64,000 nucleotides of DNA from Camelus dromedarius (taxonomy: Eukaryota): NCBI RefSeq assembly GCF_036321535.1, contig NC_087437.1:5642001-5706000 (forward strand), in the 5' to 3' direction. Below are positions 49,031-61,751 of this stretch, in pieces (position 1 is the stretch's first letter; each line of letters begins with the position of its first letter). Position numbers and translations under genes: made by a program. The notes below the pieces were generated by a model, which had not been told where the DNA came from, did not search any database, and saw nothing but the letters and a program-made list of their open reading frames with translations.

Positions 49031-51106
49031 CAATGTCTTTTCTTTAGAATAGAAGGGAAAACCCTGGAGGTGACTCATCTCCAACTTAACAGGCCAGTCA
49101 TGAGTATTGGTGAGATTTGTGGCTCTGTTAAGCGGACAACAGATATAACTGATGATATTTTCATTGTTTTATATTATTAACTTATATGCTTACAGGGGAA
49201 TCTTAGGGATTTTAAAAAATTGAATATATATTTTTAAAAAACCAAACAGAATATGTATTTTGTTTAAATATAAGCCATTTTTTCCTTAACATAAAAATTT
49301 AGCCAATCCATTATAAAAAATGTAGATTTGGATTGCTTGGGTGTGTTGGCTTATGTCTTGAGTGTGTTCAGACTTGGGTGGCAACTGGAACTGACCTAGG
49401 AGGTTATAGTCAGTGTGCATTGTAGCACATTCCTGCTAAATGCCTTATTATGTGGTTCTCCTAGTGATTCCACGACAGGCAGACTCCCCGAGCCCAGTCT
49501 GAGAGTGAGCTCCTGAAACCCTGTGCCATCCTTTCACCCTTCACCCCCTCCTGCCCCACCTCTAAATCCTGACAGTACGGGGGTGGAGGACCCGTCATGC
49601 TTGGAGGCAGAACCCACCACACTGGTGATGATCATCTAGAGGAAGCCTTTCTGATGGGTCTGCAGACCACCCCCGGTCCACCAGTGGCTCTTTCTGTGGG
49701 GCTCAAAGAGGCCACAAGAGCGTAGGACAGAGGAGGGGTACCTTCAAACTCTGCTGTCTAGAAAGCCATGGTTGGTAAGGTTGTGCGTCCTGGTTAATTG
49801 CCTTAGTTACTCTATTGGTGCTTAAAGTACTCACTGATTTTATTTAGCAAGGAAGGATGGTCCAAAGAAAGAAAGAACGTAAGACTTGAAGTCAAAGTCT
49901 TGGGTTGGAGTATCAGTTCACGAGTGGAGTGAAAGAACTGATACTCCGTAAATAGTAGGAATGCAAGCAAGTGACACATGGCACTATGTAACATAATTGC
50001 AACACGTAGAATCTCAACCTTAATTTCACTTGCATATTTTCTTTTCTCTGAATCCTGTACTCAAAAAGAAATGACAACCATTTCTTTTTCCCATAAATAA
50101 CAGGAATGATACCAAGTGACACACGGGGCTGTTGTGAGCATCCAGGAGGAGCCGTCTGCAAACCGTGGTGCTCAAATGACATTTGAAGTTATCTTTCCTT
50201 CAGGAGCCCCCGAAGTTGCTGATATTCAGATCTGAGCCATTACTTAAAAAGGTTCTGTTGAAATCAACTGCATAGTGGCTTGTAGTTGTTGGCTGGATTT
50301 ACTCTCTTTAAAAGCTCTTCAGCAAACATTTGCTTTCTGAATGATTCCCCGTAGCCTTGAAATACATTAAAGCTGGTTCTACAGAAAGATAGTTGCTGGG
50401 AGTCAGGGTCCTTTGTTAAGGGTTCATACTTTTACTGAGGAAGCATTGAAAATACTAGGGAGACCAAGGGCTGGAAATAGTGTACTTTTGTCTGTGACAT
50501 GTAGACAAAAAACAAAACCTTTTCCCAAAAGGCTACAGAAATACATTACTTCTAGTAGTATTAAATAGCTTTGGTTACATCTTTTCCTTGATAGGAGCTA
50601 ATTTCAATAAATACTTTGTTGGTAACCATTTTCCCTCAAATATTATAGTGAGACTAACTCATAATAGAAAACGTGGAAACTATAGACCTGGATGAAGTCA
50701 AGACTGAAATTCACCTGCAATCTTTGCCCCAGAGATAACTGCTAACATTTCAATGAATATCCTCCAGTTGTTTGTACTCACATATGTATGTATTTTTAGA
50801 AAATTTGTATTCTTGATATAGTTTTGCATGTTGCTTTCTTCCCACTTCAGAGCATAAACAGATGTCAATGTCAATTAATATTCTCAGAAAAAATAATTTT
50901 GAAGTCTGCTTAATATTTTTATCTGACTATAGCTTATCTAAAAATATTTATATATTTCTCCCAAATTGTTCTTAAGTTTAATTTATAAACATTAAAGTTT
51001 ATCTACTTAAATGTGTAAATGTTAATTTTGAGTTGCTAAAAGAATTCTAAATTCTGTTTAGAGGAAGGAAATGAAATATGTACATTCAAATGCAAACATG
51101 AATTTT

Positions 51107-51684
51107 TTTAATTTTATTTTTTGCTGAAGTGTAGTTGATTTACAATGTTAGTTTCAGGTGTACAGCAAAGCAATTCAGCTATACATATACATACATATAT
51201 ACACATATATTTTCAAATTCTTTTCCATTGTAAGCCATTACAAGAAATTGAATATAGTTCCCCATGCTATACAGTAGGTCCTTGTTGTTTATCTATTTTA
51301 TATATAGTAGTGTGTGTCTGTTAAACCCAAACTGCTAATTTATCCCTCCTCTGCTACTTTTTCCCTTTGATAATTGTAGTTTGTTTTCCATGTCCATGAG
51401 TCTATTTCTGGTTTATAAATAAAGTTTGTATATTGTTTTAGATTCCACATATAAATGAGATCATATGATATTTGTCTTTTTCTATCTGACTTACTTAGTA
51501 TGATCATCTCTAGGTCTATCCATGTTGCTGCAAATGGCATTATTTCATTCTTTTTCATGGCTGAGTAGTATTCCATTGTATAAATATACCACATCTTCTT
51601 TATCCAGTCATCTGTCAATGGACATTTAGGTTGTTTCCATGTCTTGGCTATTGTATATAGTGCTGCTATGAACACTGGGTACAC
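51107..51684 (-). mobile_element. Camelid L1 3' end
   Basis: ORF 51340..51684 (IAKTWKQPKCP...WIKKMWYIYTMEYYSA) is the L1 ORF2 C-terminus. TSD acatgaatttt (51096-51106 / 51685-51695). Confidence 0.93.
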
Positions 51685-51704
51685 ACATGAATTTTAAGAG
51701 TACG

Positions 51705-51940
51705 CGACACATTCTCAACAGGGGTGATATCACCCCAAAGGAAGTGAAAATTGGTTTTGTTGGTGAAAAATCTTACCTTTTTTATGGATAAAGCATAGGT
51801 ATATGGTACATAGAGTATATAGACAGATATATAGCATATCTGTAGTATTAAAATTCATGAAGGAGAGGAGCAATTAAGGAAAAAGCATCTAGAAAGGTGT
51901 CTTGGGGGCAAAAATGAATAAACAGACTGAGAAACACTCT
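51705..51940. mobile_element. hAT-Charlie type MITE
   Basis: Ends ttctcaacaggggtgatatcacccc ... gactgagaaacact resemble Charlie TIRs. Confidence 0.5.
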
Positions 51941-52439
51941 TGGAGGGGATGATAATGAAAATAGGCTGAAATAATCTAGTAGAGAATTAAATCTTGCAGG
52001 GTTAGGGTTAGTTAGATTACTTTAAACTTAAGCTCAAATCAAAGAAATCTGTTTCCTTTCTAGCGAACAGAGCCTTCTGATGTAGTACTATAATTCAACC
52101 TGGTATTAGGCTGTCAGTTCTTTTTGAGTACAGGATGCAGAGGAAAGAAAATATGCAACTTAAATTAAGGTCGAAATTGTATATGTTGCAATTATGTTAC
52201 GTAGTATCAGTATATTATAAAACTATTCATGGTCAAAGGGAAAACTTATTTCTTCTATCTTAAAAAGATTAATTATTTACCTCTTAAAAGAAAATATCAG
52301 TTATTTTCTTTGTATTTCAATTAGACAAACATCAGTGGTTTTCCAAGAGTGTGAATTCTCATTTCACACACACAAGTCTAATAATTGAAAAGATTCTATG
52401 ACCACAAGAACAAAAATGGTAGCAAGATATATTGACTTA

Positions 52440-53320
52440 GGTTTTTTGAGCTTTAATGTGATATAATTCACATATGATAAAATGTACTCTTTTAGCATCA
52501 TACCCTTTTAGAATGTACAGTTGTTTTTAATATATTTACAGAGTTGTACAGTCATCACCATTATCTAATTTCAGAATCTTTTCATCAGCTCCCAAAAGAA
52601 ACCGCATTCCTGTTGGCAGTCACTCCCCACTTCCCTCTCCCCTCAGCTCCTGGCCACCTCCTTTTTGTCTTTATGGATTTGCCTCTTCTGGACATTTCTT
52701 ATCAATGGAATTATACAGATGTGGTCTTTTGTGTGTGGCTCCTCTATTTACCAAAATGTTTTCAAGGTTCCTCCACACTGTAGCCTGAACCAGCACTTCA
52801 TTCCTTTCTATAGATGAACAATATTCCATTGTATGGACATACTGTGTTTTGTTTGTCCATTCCTCAGTTGGATATTTGAATTGCTCCTACTTTTTACCTA
52901 CAATGACTAATGCTACCATGAACATTTGTGCGTAAATTTTTGTGTAAACGTGTTTCTAATTCTCTTGGGTACATACATAGGAGTGGTATATGGTAACTCT
53001 ATGATTAATAGTTTGAGAAACTTGCTAACTGTCTTCCAAAGTGGAACCCCCATTTGACAACCCCACTGGCAGTGTGTGACGGTTCCAATTTTTCCATGTC
53101 CTTGCCAACACTTCTTATTGTCTCCCCTTTTCATTTTGGCCATCCTGGTCGGGTGAAGCGGTATCTCACTGTGGTCTGATTTGCATTTCTCCAGTGAAGA
53201 ACCACGTTGAGAGTCTTTTCATGTGCCAGTTGGCCTTTTGTGTACCTTATTCGGGAAAATCTCTGTTCAAATCCGTCTTGCATTCTAGATTGGGTTATTT
53301 GTCTTTCTACTGGGAGTCAT
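52440..53320 (-). mobile_element. Old L1 (L1MB-like) 3' region
   Basis: gatataattcacatat...tatggatttgcctcttctggacatttc...atatggtaactctatg...catcctggtcgggtgaagcggtatctc. Confidence 0.85.
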
Positions 53321-53760
53321 ATCTTTTACTGAAAATTCTTGATGATTATCAGTGATAGGGGGATAGAATGTTCTGGCTGTTATTTCTCCATCTATAAAAT
53401 GCAACATTTGGACCTAGATTTCCCTGATTTCCCGGTGGTCCCTAGGGCCCTGGTTAATTCAATTTAGCACTCACCACATCCACAAATTGTCACTTTTGAA
53501 ATAATTAGCATGTCATAAGATTCCCATGGTATTAAACTTGCTCTTAAGAAACATGATGTTTATTTTTTTTTTGAAAAGCTATATTGGAAACTGGAGCGAA
53601 CACTTAGCTTGGAATAGGAAGGCCCATAATCTAGTAAGGGAGGGTTTTTAAAAGGAGGATAGTGAACTGCAACAAAGAATGAGCTCCAATGAAGGGGCTC
53701 CAGATTTAGCAGCCAGGATATTGTTGGTGAACTCGGAGGGAAATCTAAGTAGTTGGTGAC

Positions 53761-54055
53761 TGTTATGGTTGGTTTTCTGTGTCAGTTTGGCGAGGCTATG
53801 GTACCCAGTTATTCAGTTAAACACTGATTGAGGTGTTGCTCTGAAGGCATTTTTGGATGTGCTGCCAACGGACTTTAAGCAAAGGAGAACTGCTTTAATC
53901 CTCTGGATGGTCTTCAACCAGTCAGTTGAAAGACCTTAACAACAAAACTGAGGTTTTCCTGAAGAAGAAATCCAGCCTGTCGGTTTGCCCTGTAAATTTG
54001 GAACCTTCCAGTTCCATAACGGTATAAGCCAATTCCTTGAAATCTCTCTCTCCAT
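53761..54055 (+). mobile_element. MLT2 (ERVL) LTR fragment
   Basis: tgttatggttggttttctgtgtcagtttggcgaggctatggtacccagttattcag...gaagaagaaatcc...agccaattccttgaaa. Confidence 0.75.
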
Positions 54056-55689
54056 ATGTATAGTATACGTATTAGGTACTCTCACAACTCACCAATAAAA
54101 AGTTCAATGACTCCATCCAAATTCCTCGCAGTGAAATACAGAGAGATTTAATAACTGTGTGTGCAGTTTTCTCTTGAGGAAGATCATATTTCTATTGTTT
54201 GACACATTGAAAATTACGCCCATGTGGTCAATTCACTCTTTTTCTAACTTTGCCGGGAATAGATATTGTTATGGATGCATTCTGGCTTACTATAAAGATG
54301 TTCTACTTTCATCAATCATTCTTTCTGCCAGTATTACCTCTACCCTAAATTCCAGCTCTAGAAATGGGTAGGTCATGGTAGGTTTTATTGGATTTTACAA
54401 AAAAAAAAAAAAATTTAAAGACTTAGAGAGGAAGTCTTGTTAGCTTTTCATTTGATATCTTTATTTAGTCAAATTATTGCATGCAGTCACCCAATTGTTG
54501 GTCCCAGCAGGCCTAAAATTAAAACCTGCTGGAGGTATGTTTGTCTAGAAGCTATTAAATTTCAGTTGTCAGCCTCCAGCAGTAATGTTTGCAGAATAAT
54601 TATGATGCATTTCTAGTCCATCAAAACTAATCCACAGTAAAACTGACTTTCAGTTTTCACATCCCAAAAAAGGTATTTTTTATTTGGTCCTTTCACTCAA
54701 CAAGTGGGAAACCGCAAATGAACGGGTAAGTCCAAAAGGGAATACAAAGTATGAGAAATAGTTCCTGCCTTTAAGGGGTTAAGAGTCTAACTGGTTGATT
54801 TCTATTACCTGTAGGGAAATTAGGCTTACCCCATTAATAAGAGTTGATTTTGGAAAAGACTATCAAAAGAAGTAAAATTTAAATCTGACAATATGATTAT
54901 AAAAGGAGAGAATCAGGAATAATTTAAGGACATTTGTTATTATTGTAATTCTATACAATTGTAGAATTGTAGACTTCTAGAACAATTGTAATTTACAGTG
55001 TTCTAGAAGTCCAAGCCAATGCCATAAGCTAAGAAAAAATATATAATACAATTTTTAAAAAACAAAAATATAGATGTCCCTATATATTTGAATGTGGATA
55101 GAAAGCCACCTGAGAAAGAATACATGCTGAATTATTAAAAGTAGTTGTTTTGACAAGTGAGACCACAAAGTGGAGAGGACGTGACATTTACTTGTTCTCC
55201 TCTCTACAGTTCAGTGTAGACCGAATTTTATATTTCACTACAAATATGAATTGCGTTTTTAAGTTAAAAAAAATCAAGCCCTGAACAAATGAACTAGGAT
55301 CCCCACAAGGCAGAAAGAGAAACTAAATGGGATATCAAAATGAGAAGCAAATTTTTAAGGATGGAGTCATAGGATTGGCCAGCTGGTGAGGTGAGAGTAT
55401 GAAATGATGATTAAAACAGACACGTGGAGAGACTGACTGGGGAATCAGCCGTGACAGTCGGCTTTCATGTGCACCGTGCACATGGTCACTATAAGATGGA
55501 AACGTGAAAGGGCGTAAGTAACTTATTTTTAACATTAAGCAAGAAAATGATACAATTTACATTTTCTTATCATGTTTTTTTTTATTTTAAAAATTTCTGA
55601 TCTATGAAAAATTTGAAAAAAGTTGGTATAATAAACATCTCTATACTCTTCATCTAGTATCAGTGGTTGTTAACTTTGGTCTTTCATTC

Positions 55690-55690
55690 C

Positions 55691-55730
<40 letters not shown>

Positions 55731-55745
55731 TTATATTTATTTATT
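55690..55745 (+). repeat. (CT)n(AT)n microsatellite
   Basis: Direct reading of the sequence. Confidence 0.9.
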
Positions 55746-58700
55746 CCTTGAACCATTTGAAAGTAAGTTGCAAAACATCATGACCTTTCATCTCCCTCTC
55801 AATGTTTCAGGAGGTATGTAACACATATAACTGTCAAATCACAAATAACAGCTATTGGTTTTATACCGTTAAATTTTTGCATACCTTAGTTTATTCATCC
55901 TTAAAACAACCCTTCGTGGAAGGTGCAGTTGCTCCTTTTTTTTGATGAAGACCAATATGAGATTCAAGCCTATCTCCAACTGACTCCAAATTCCATGCTT
56001 CAAAACACAAGACAGGATATAGTTCAGGGTCAAGATGAAGGAGGCGGCCTTAAGTTTCCAGTGAGCTTCAGAGAAGGGAGCAATCATGGCAGACAAGAGC
56101 CGCTTAGCATCGTTTCCCGGAAACAAACTACCCTTGAGCTAGACTGATGGGAACAGCTTTCTCTCTTTTACAGTTGTTGACAGAATGTGTCCTGATACCA
56201 CTGACATTTATAAATGCATTTTCCCTCCTTATTTCCAAAAGTAAAGCTGTGCATAAACATTTACTTCTCATCAACTTTTCCGGATGCACAACGGCAATGT
56301 CATACGCTCAGATGAATGGTATTACAATGTATATTATATGAAATTTATTTTACTTGGATGGCATTAAGTGTTTTCATGGTGGAAAGTAATAGATTACTAG
56401 AGGAGAAATTTCTGTGAGTAGCTGTCTGGAGAATTTTTAAATCCTAGTAGCTGTCATGGCAGGCCTATTTCTAATGTACATAGCGATGTTATGTGGGCAA
56501 ATATATCACCCAGAATGCACAAGATCAAAAGCGTGAAACTAAACACAGTTCATAACTCAACAAAACAAGAGTGAAGTTGTGCCAAAACAACCTTGCTCTT
56601 CGTGTTTTCCGTTGCAGCAACATTCAAAGGAGGACTATTTCCGAAAATTTGCATGAGTCAGAAGTGAGGAATGACTAAGACTGTGTTTTGGACTTTCTGA
56701 ATGTTTTACTGCCGAAGGGACATTATCTAGTTTTGTTTCAGTAAGGCGATGAGTTACTGCCTCATCCTTAGATTCCTAACTAGCTTATTTGGAAAAATTT
56801 GAATACAATTTGAACACCCGAGGTACTGGCGTCTTCTGGATTTAGCCCTGACTTTTCTTCAAATGTTCTCATTTAACGAGTAATGCTTTAATCTCATTTT
56901 CACCTTGGTGGAAATGACTTCTGGGGGCTGAGGGTCACAATAAGCTTAGGTTAGGTCAACAGATTCTTTAGCAAGTGAAAAACAAGGTTAGACGGACTCT
57001 TTCAAAGTCAGAGTATGCATGAAAATATATTAGTGCCTTGACATTTCAGCTTTCTTGGTGGATTTGAAAACTCTATCATGATGAAAAGGTCAGTGAAAAA
57101 TATTCAGGAGGTCCATGATGGAGATGAATGTTGTGTCTTTTAATTTGTACATTCCAGTGGGATCTGGAAGTCTCTAAATTTCATTCCTCTGTGTATCCCT
57201 TATCCTCGGTCCCAGATTCCCTCCGTTGAATGTAACAGTTTTGGCTCTGATTATGAATCAGTCAAGGAACTCTCTAAAAGGCCTAGAATTGGGTTAAGGG
57301 TCTGTATTTTAAGCCAGCGGGGCCATGGAATTAAGGCCACTTAATTCCTCAGTCAGCCACGTGTTACTGAGCGTCACCTGGGGCTCCGCCACTGGAGCTG
57401 GAAAAGTGAGCGCAGATCATCTGTTTTGCCCCCTTTTAACTCTCAGGTCTTACAGATGAGCTTGATGTTCCCACGTGACGCACCCCGTCATCAGCACGGT
57501 GCTCCCGGCCCCACTCGACAGCGGGAAGAACGCTCAAGCTTGTTTTCAGAGGGGCCCTGCTTAGAAGGCGCTAAAAGAAAAGAAGGTTTTTTCATTTTAG
57601 AGCGAGAGACGTGCTCAAAATTGCTTAAGGGGGCGAGATTTAATCTATAACCTAACTGTGCCATTTTGTTTTAGGGAGGGACTGAGTAACACAAAGACCT
57701 GTCTTTTTAGAGTAATGTTAAGCTCGCGAAGACTAATGTGACACAGAGTCTGCATCCGGCTTTAGGAAAGAACCAGCAATACGTTACCAAATTCTGTTTT
57801 TCTCTTCCCTTCATGAGTTCAAGATACGAGTCTGGTCATCAGTGTGTACTAAGCATGGGGTCAAGAATAAAGATAAGGTTTTAAAATATGCTTTTTGAAA
57901 AATCCAAGAAAATTGTCACTAATTTACATCCCTAATCACATTAGAACCTCTTTTTAAAAACAAGTTCAGGGCTTTAATAATAGACTCACTCTTCTATCAT
58001 TAAGAAAAAAATGTGAAAAAAAACTGGCTAGTATTTCAATGAGGAAGAGATAATTGGACTCTTTATAGCAAAACTACAGGGGTGTGGCTGGTCGTCTTGG
58101 CATCTGGAAGGAGGCTAGTAGGGGAAAGTTATGAGCTGTTGGCCCAGTTCTGGTCATCCATTTTGTCTGTTGTGTGTTTGAAGACATAACATTATCCCTT
58201 TTCAGGTACAAGAGTGGTACAAATGGTACAAAACCGAGACAAGACTAGCTCACATAACAGGGAACAGAATTAAGACTGGACTTTATCAGGACAGACAATA
58301 AATCTACGGATAGAATTTTGCAGGGAGAAATGCAAATTTCTGTTCTCAGGTTCAAAAATATAACTGTATACTCAAAGAGCGAAGATGTCCTTAAGCAATC
58401 TTAAGAGAAATCTAACAATGCAGAGGGAGATGATTATGCTGATGAAGGTTCTGAAAAGTATTTTATATCCATTCCCTTATTCATTCATTTACTCAGGCAC
58501 TCAAGTACACTATACCGAGAATAAACCAGAAGTCGCTGCTCTCAAAGGCTTACATTCTAATTGGAAGGTAGACTTAGCTGATAATTACTGAACAATGTGA
58601 TGAACAGTAAAAGAGAGGGCTGAGCAGTGCTGCAGAAGCACAGAGAAGGGGACAACTTGGGGTTCTCCAGACAGAGGGGCTGACTTTTGAACTGGATTCC

Positions 58701-58943
58701 AAAGATTAAATAGAAGTTCGCTAGGAAGAGCAGGCACGGCAGGAAGGGCGGAGCTGGGGGACAACACATATAAAGAAAAGAGGGTCTTTTGATCGTAGGG
58801 TGCACATTAGAAGTGGTGGGAGTTGCGACCCAAACCTTAGGCGGGAGCCCATCTTGAAGGGCCATCTGCACTGTGTTAGGGATTCTAGTGTAGGGCTTGG
58901 GGGGTGACTAGCAGGCTTGTGTGTTTCAAAAAGATGCTTCTGA

Positions 58944-59093
58944 GGGGGTGGGTAGAGCTCAGTGGTGGAGTGTGTGCTTAGCATGCGTGAGGTCCAGGGT
59001 TCAAGCCCCAATACCTCCATTAAAATAAATCAGTAAATAAATACACCTAATTACCTCTCCCCAAAACAATAATTAATTAAAGCATTAAAAAAA
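58944..59093 (+). mobile_element. Camelid tRNA-Ala SINE (first of a tandem pair)
   Basis: gggggtgggtagagctcagtggtggagtgtgtgcttagcatgcgtgaggtccagggttcaagcccc followed by an A-rich tail. Confidence 0.9.
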
Positions 59094-59109
59094 AAAGATG
59101 ACTCTGGTA

Positions 59110-59198
59110 GAGGGAGGGTGTAGCTCAGTGGTACAGCACGTGCTTAGCATGCACGAGGTCCTGGGTTCAATCCCCAGTACCGCTGTTCAAACAAACAG
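59110..59198 (+). mobile_element. Camelid tRNA-Ala SINE (second, short form)
   Basis: gagggagggtgtagctcagtggtacagcacgtgcttagcatgcacgaggtcctgggttcaatccccagtacc. Confidence 0.9.
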
Positions 59199-60018
59199 AA
59201 AGATGGTTCTGGCCTGCAATATAATGGGTTCTGGGAGGGCAGTTTAGACCTGTTGTGAACAACAAAGGCCAAGGCCTGAACTCAGTCAAGGAGTAATTGG
59301 GGACACAAGGGAGACACCAGGAAGGTACTGAGAAGACAGAATCCTATGAGGTACAGTCCGAGGGTGTGGTGTGTTTAGCTTGGAGAAGAGGAGATTAAGG
59401 TGAGTGGGTATCTGCTGATACCCGAAGGACCACGGATACCTGGTGCTGCTCAAGACAGCAGAACTAGGACCAGTGGGAGGAGGTCATTGGTGGCAACGGA
59501 AGGAAGTTATCCAACAGTGGAAGGGGGTTCCTCCCTGGATAGTGAGCTCTCTGTCCTTGGAGGTGTGCACAAGTCAAGCTGAGTCATCTCGTGTCAGAGG
59601 TGCTGTAGTAAGGATGTCTCCAACGCTGGGAGACAGGTCCTACCCTATAACCTCTGAAGTCTCTTCTTGGTCTAAAATTCCATGATTCTTTGATCGCAAT
59701 GAAGAGTCAAGCCACCCACATGAGCTCTAAGAGACACAGGTTAGCATCCTTCCTCAAGGAACTCTTGAAGAACCACTCCAAAGTGGAGGAAGGGGAAACA
59801 AATTGGTTTTGATGTCAAACAAAAGCAAACAGGCTTTTAGTGCTTTTTAAGTCAAAGGCTTTCAATGTGCCCTCCTGATGGAGTGGAGATTTCTCATTTT
59901 GGACTTTGGAAAATCCTCGAGGAATAGAATCATGCATATCTTGCTTCTGGTCCTTTCCCCGCAGACCTGAGCCTAGTGCCAGATGCACAGTTGATGTTGA
60001 TAATACTTGTTAGAGAAA

Positions 60019-60463
60019 TGTAGTGGATGCCAGGATACATCGCCCAGATCCACCTTTGAGGCTGAAGGACCTATTTCCCCGGCTCTTGGGAGTGCTGTCA
60101 GCAGACGGCCCTCAACCGTCTTCAGAACTGCCCTTGGCTGGGAGGAGCTGCCTCACCCAAGGCCATGCCATCTTCCCAGGGCAGCTTGCATCTGATGACT
60201 GGTCCGTGGAGAGGTCAAAGCCCAGCACCCCTGCTTGCCCCTCCCTGGGACCACCCTCCGGCGCTGTCCCATTCAGCTCCAGAGCCCCCCGCTCCCCAGG
60301 GCTGGTCGAAGCCTCTGTTGTGCCTGCATCACGACCCAACATCCCCCTCTGCCCAGCCCTGCTTCTTTCCCTTCCTTTTAACAAACTTCTCATCAACCTC
60401 CTGCACATGAACCCCCATCTCAGAGTCAGTTTCCCAGGGAATCATCCCCAGGCAAGGACCACA
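60019..60463 (+). mobile_element. LTR16-like ERVL solo LTR
   Basis: tgtagtggatgc...cccagatcc...cccagccctgcttc...ctcctgcac...catctcagagtcagtttcccagggaa...ca. Confidence 0.7.
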
Positions 60464-61299
60464 TGAATGCGAATCCACTTGCTTTTTGACAGAACTCTGT
60501 AGCACGCGCAACGAGGGGTCCGTGGCTACCAACAGTCGTGCTAAAGACTTCCGCGCTCAGTGTCCTCATAGCGGGCCTCTGCGTTTCACACGAGCTGACT
60601 CGAAGGTAACTCTTCGTGCAGTGATGCTGTCCACCTGCCCCTCCACCCCCACCGCCGGCTTTCTTACATTTTTCAAAAATCTGACTACTGTCTGACGTCA
60701 GACCCAGGGCTGAGGGTTCATTTCATGTGTTCATTTGGGGTGTGAGTTACTGCTCTTTGGCCTCGGTCTGTTTCTGTTTGATTTCGGATGATCATTAATC
60801 TTCCCAGGAAAGCCTCCCGGTGGTGCCCTGGCAATTCACTGATACAAGCAGAATTATTCTGAAGTTCATGCATCATCCCCTTTTCAGACAACCTTTATCC
60901 TGTTAAAGTCCCCGAACGTGCAAGGAGGAGAAGAATATTAGACGGAGGGCAGAGACGTCATTGTTCGCGCTTGAGCAAAGGGATGTAATGGCGGGGCTAG
61001 GGCTGGGTTTTTGCTGAGGTGGCAGAGGGCCCTGAGCTCTGGTTTTTCAGCAGCTGGTGACCTGAGGCTGGAGAAGGATGCTTCACAGAGGGCATTGGAA
61101 TCGCTCAACATCAGGAAAACCCCTCACAACCTGTGGGCCCCCCAGTCTGTTGGTGTGTGTGCACTAGGACCCCATACACTCCTCTGCTCTCTCCAGACTC
61201 CCCCCCCCCATGGACTCTCACACCTGGACAGGACCTCAGACCCAGAGTCACACTGGGAGTCTACAGATTAGTGGGACCCCCAGACACTGAGAGGTGGGG

Positions 61300-61560
61300 A
61301 GCAGCATAGCACAGTGGTTAGTGGACAGACTCTAGAGCCAGGTTCAGATCCTGGCTCTGCCACTTGCTTAGCTGTGTGATCTTGAACAAGTTACTTAACC
61401 TCTCTGTGCCTCAATGTTCTTATCTGTAAAATGAAGATGATAATAATAGCGTCTAATACACAAGGTTGTTGTGGGGGTTATATGGGTTAATATACATCTA
61501 CGACTGAAAACAGTACCTAGGACACATTACGCAGCGTATGTGCTTTGAAAAATTAATAAA
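61300..61560 (+). mobile_element. MIR SINE (near full length)
   Basis: gcagcatagcacagtggtta...ggttcagatcctggctctgccactt...ttacttaacctctctgtgcctc...atctgtaaaatgaagatgataatag. Confidence 0.85.
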
Positions 61561-61602
61561 AATCTGTAGGTGTAACAAAATAATGCCTCAAGAGGAACAT
61601 TT

Positions 61603-61751
61603 TCTGGGTGATTTCTTTTTTTGGGGGGTAGGTAATTAGGTTATTTATTTACTTATTTATTATTATTTTGTTAATGGAGGTACTGGGGATTGAACCCAGA
61701 ACCTCGTGTGTGTTAAGCACACACTCTACTACTGAGCTATACCCTCTCCTC
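61603..61751 (-). mobile_element. Camelid tRNA-Ala SINE
   Basis: Perfect TSD caagaggaacattt (61589-61602 / 61752-61765). Confidence 0.92.
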
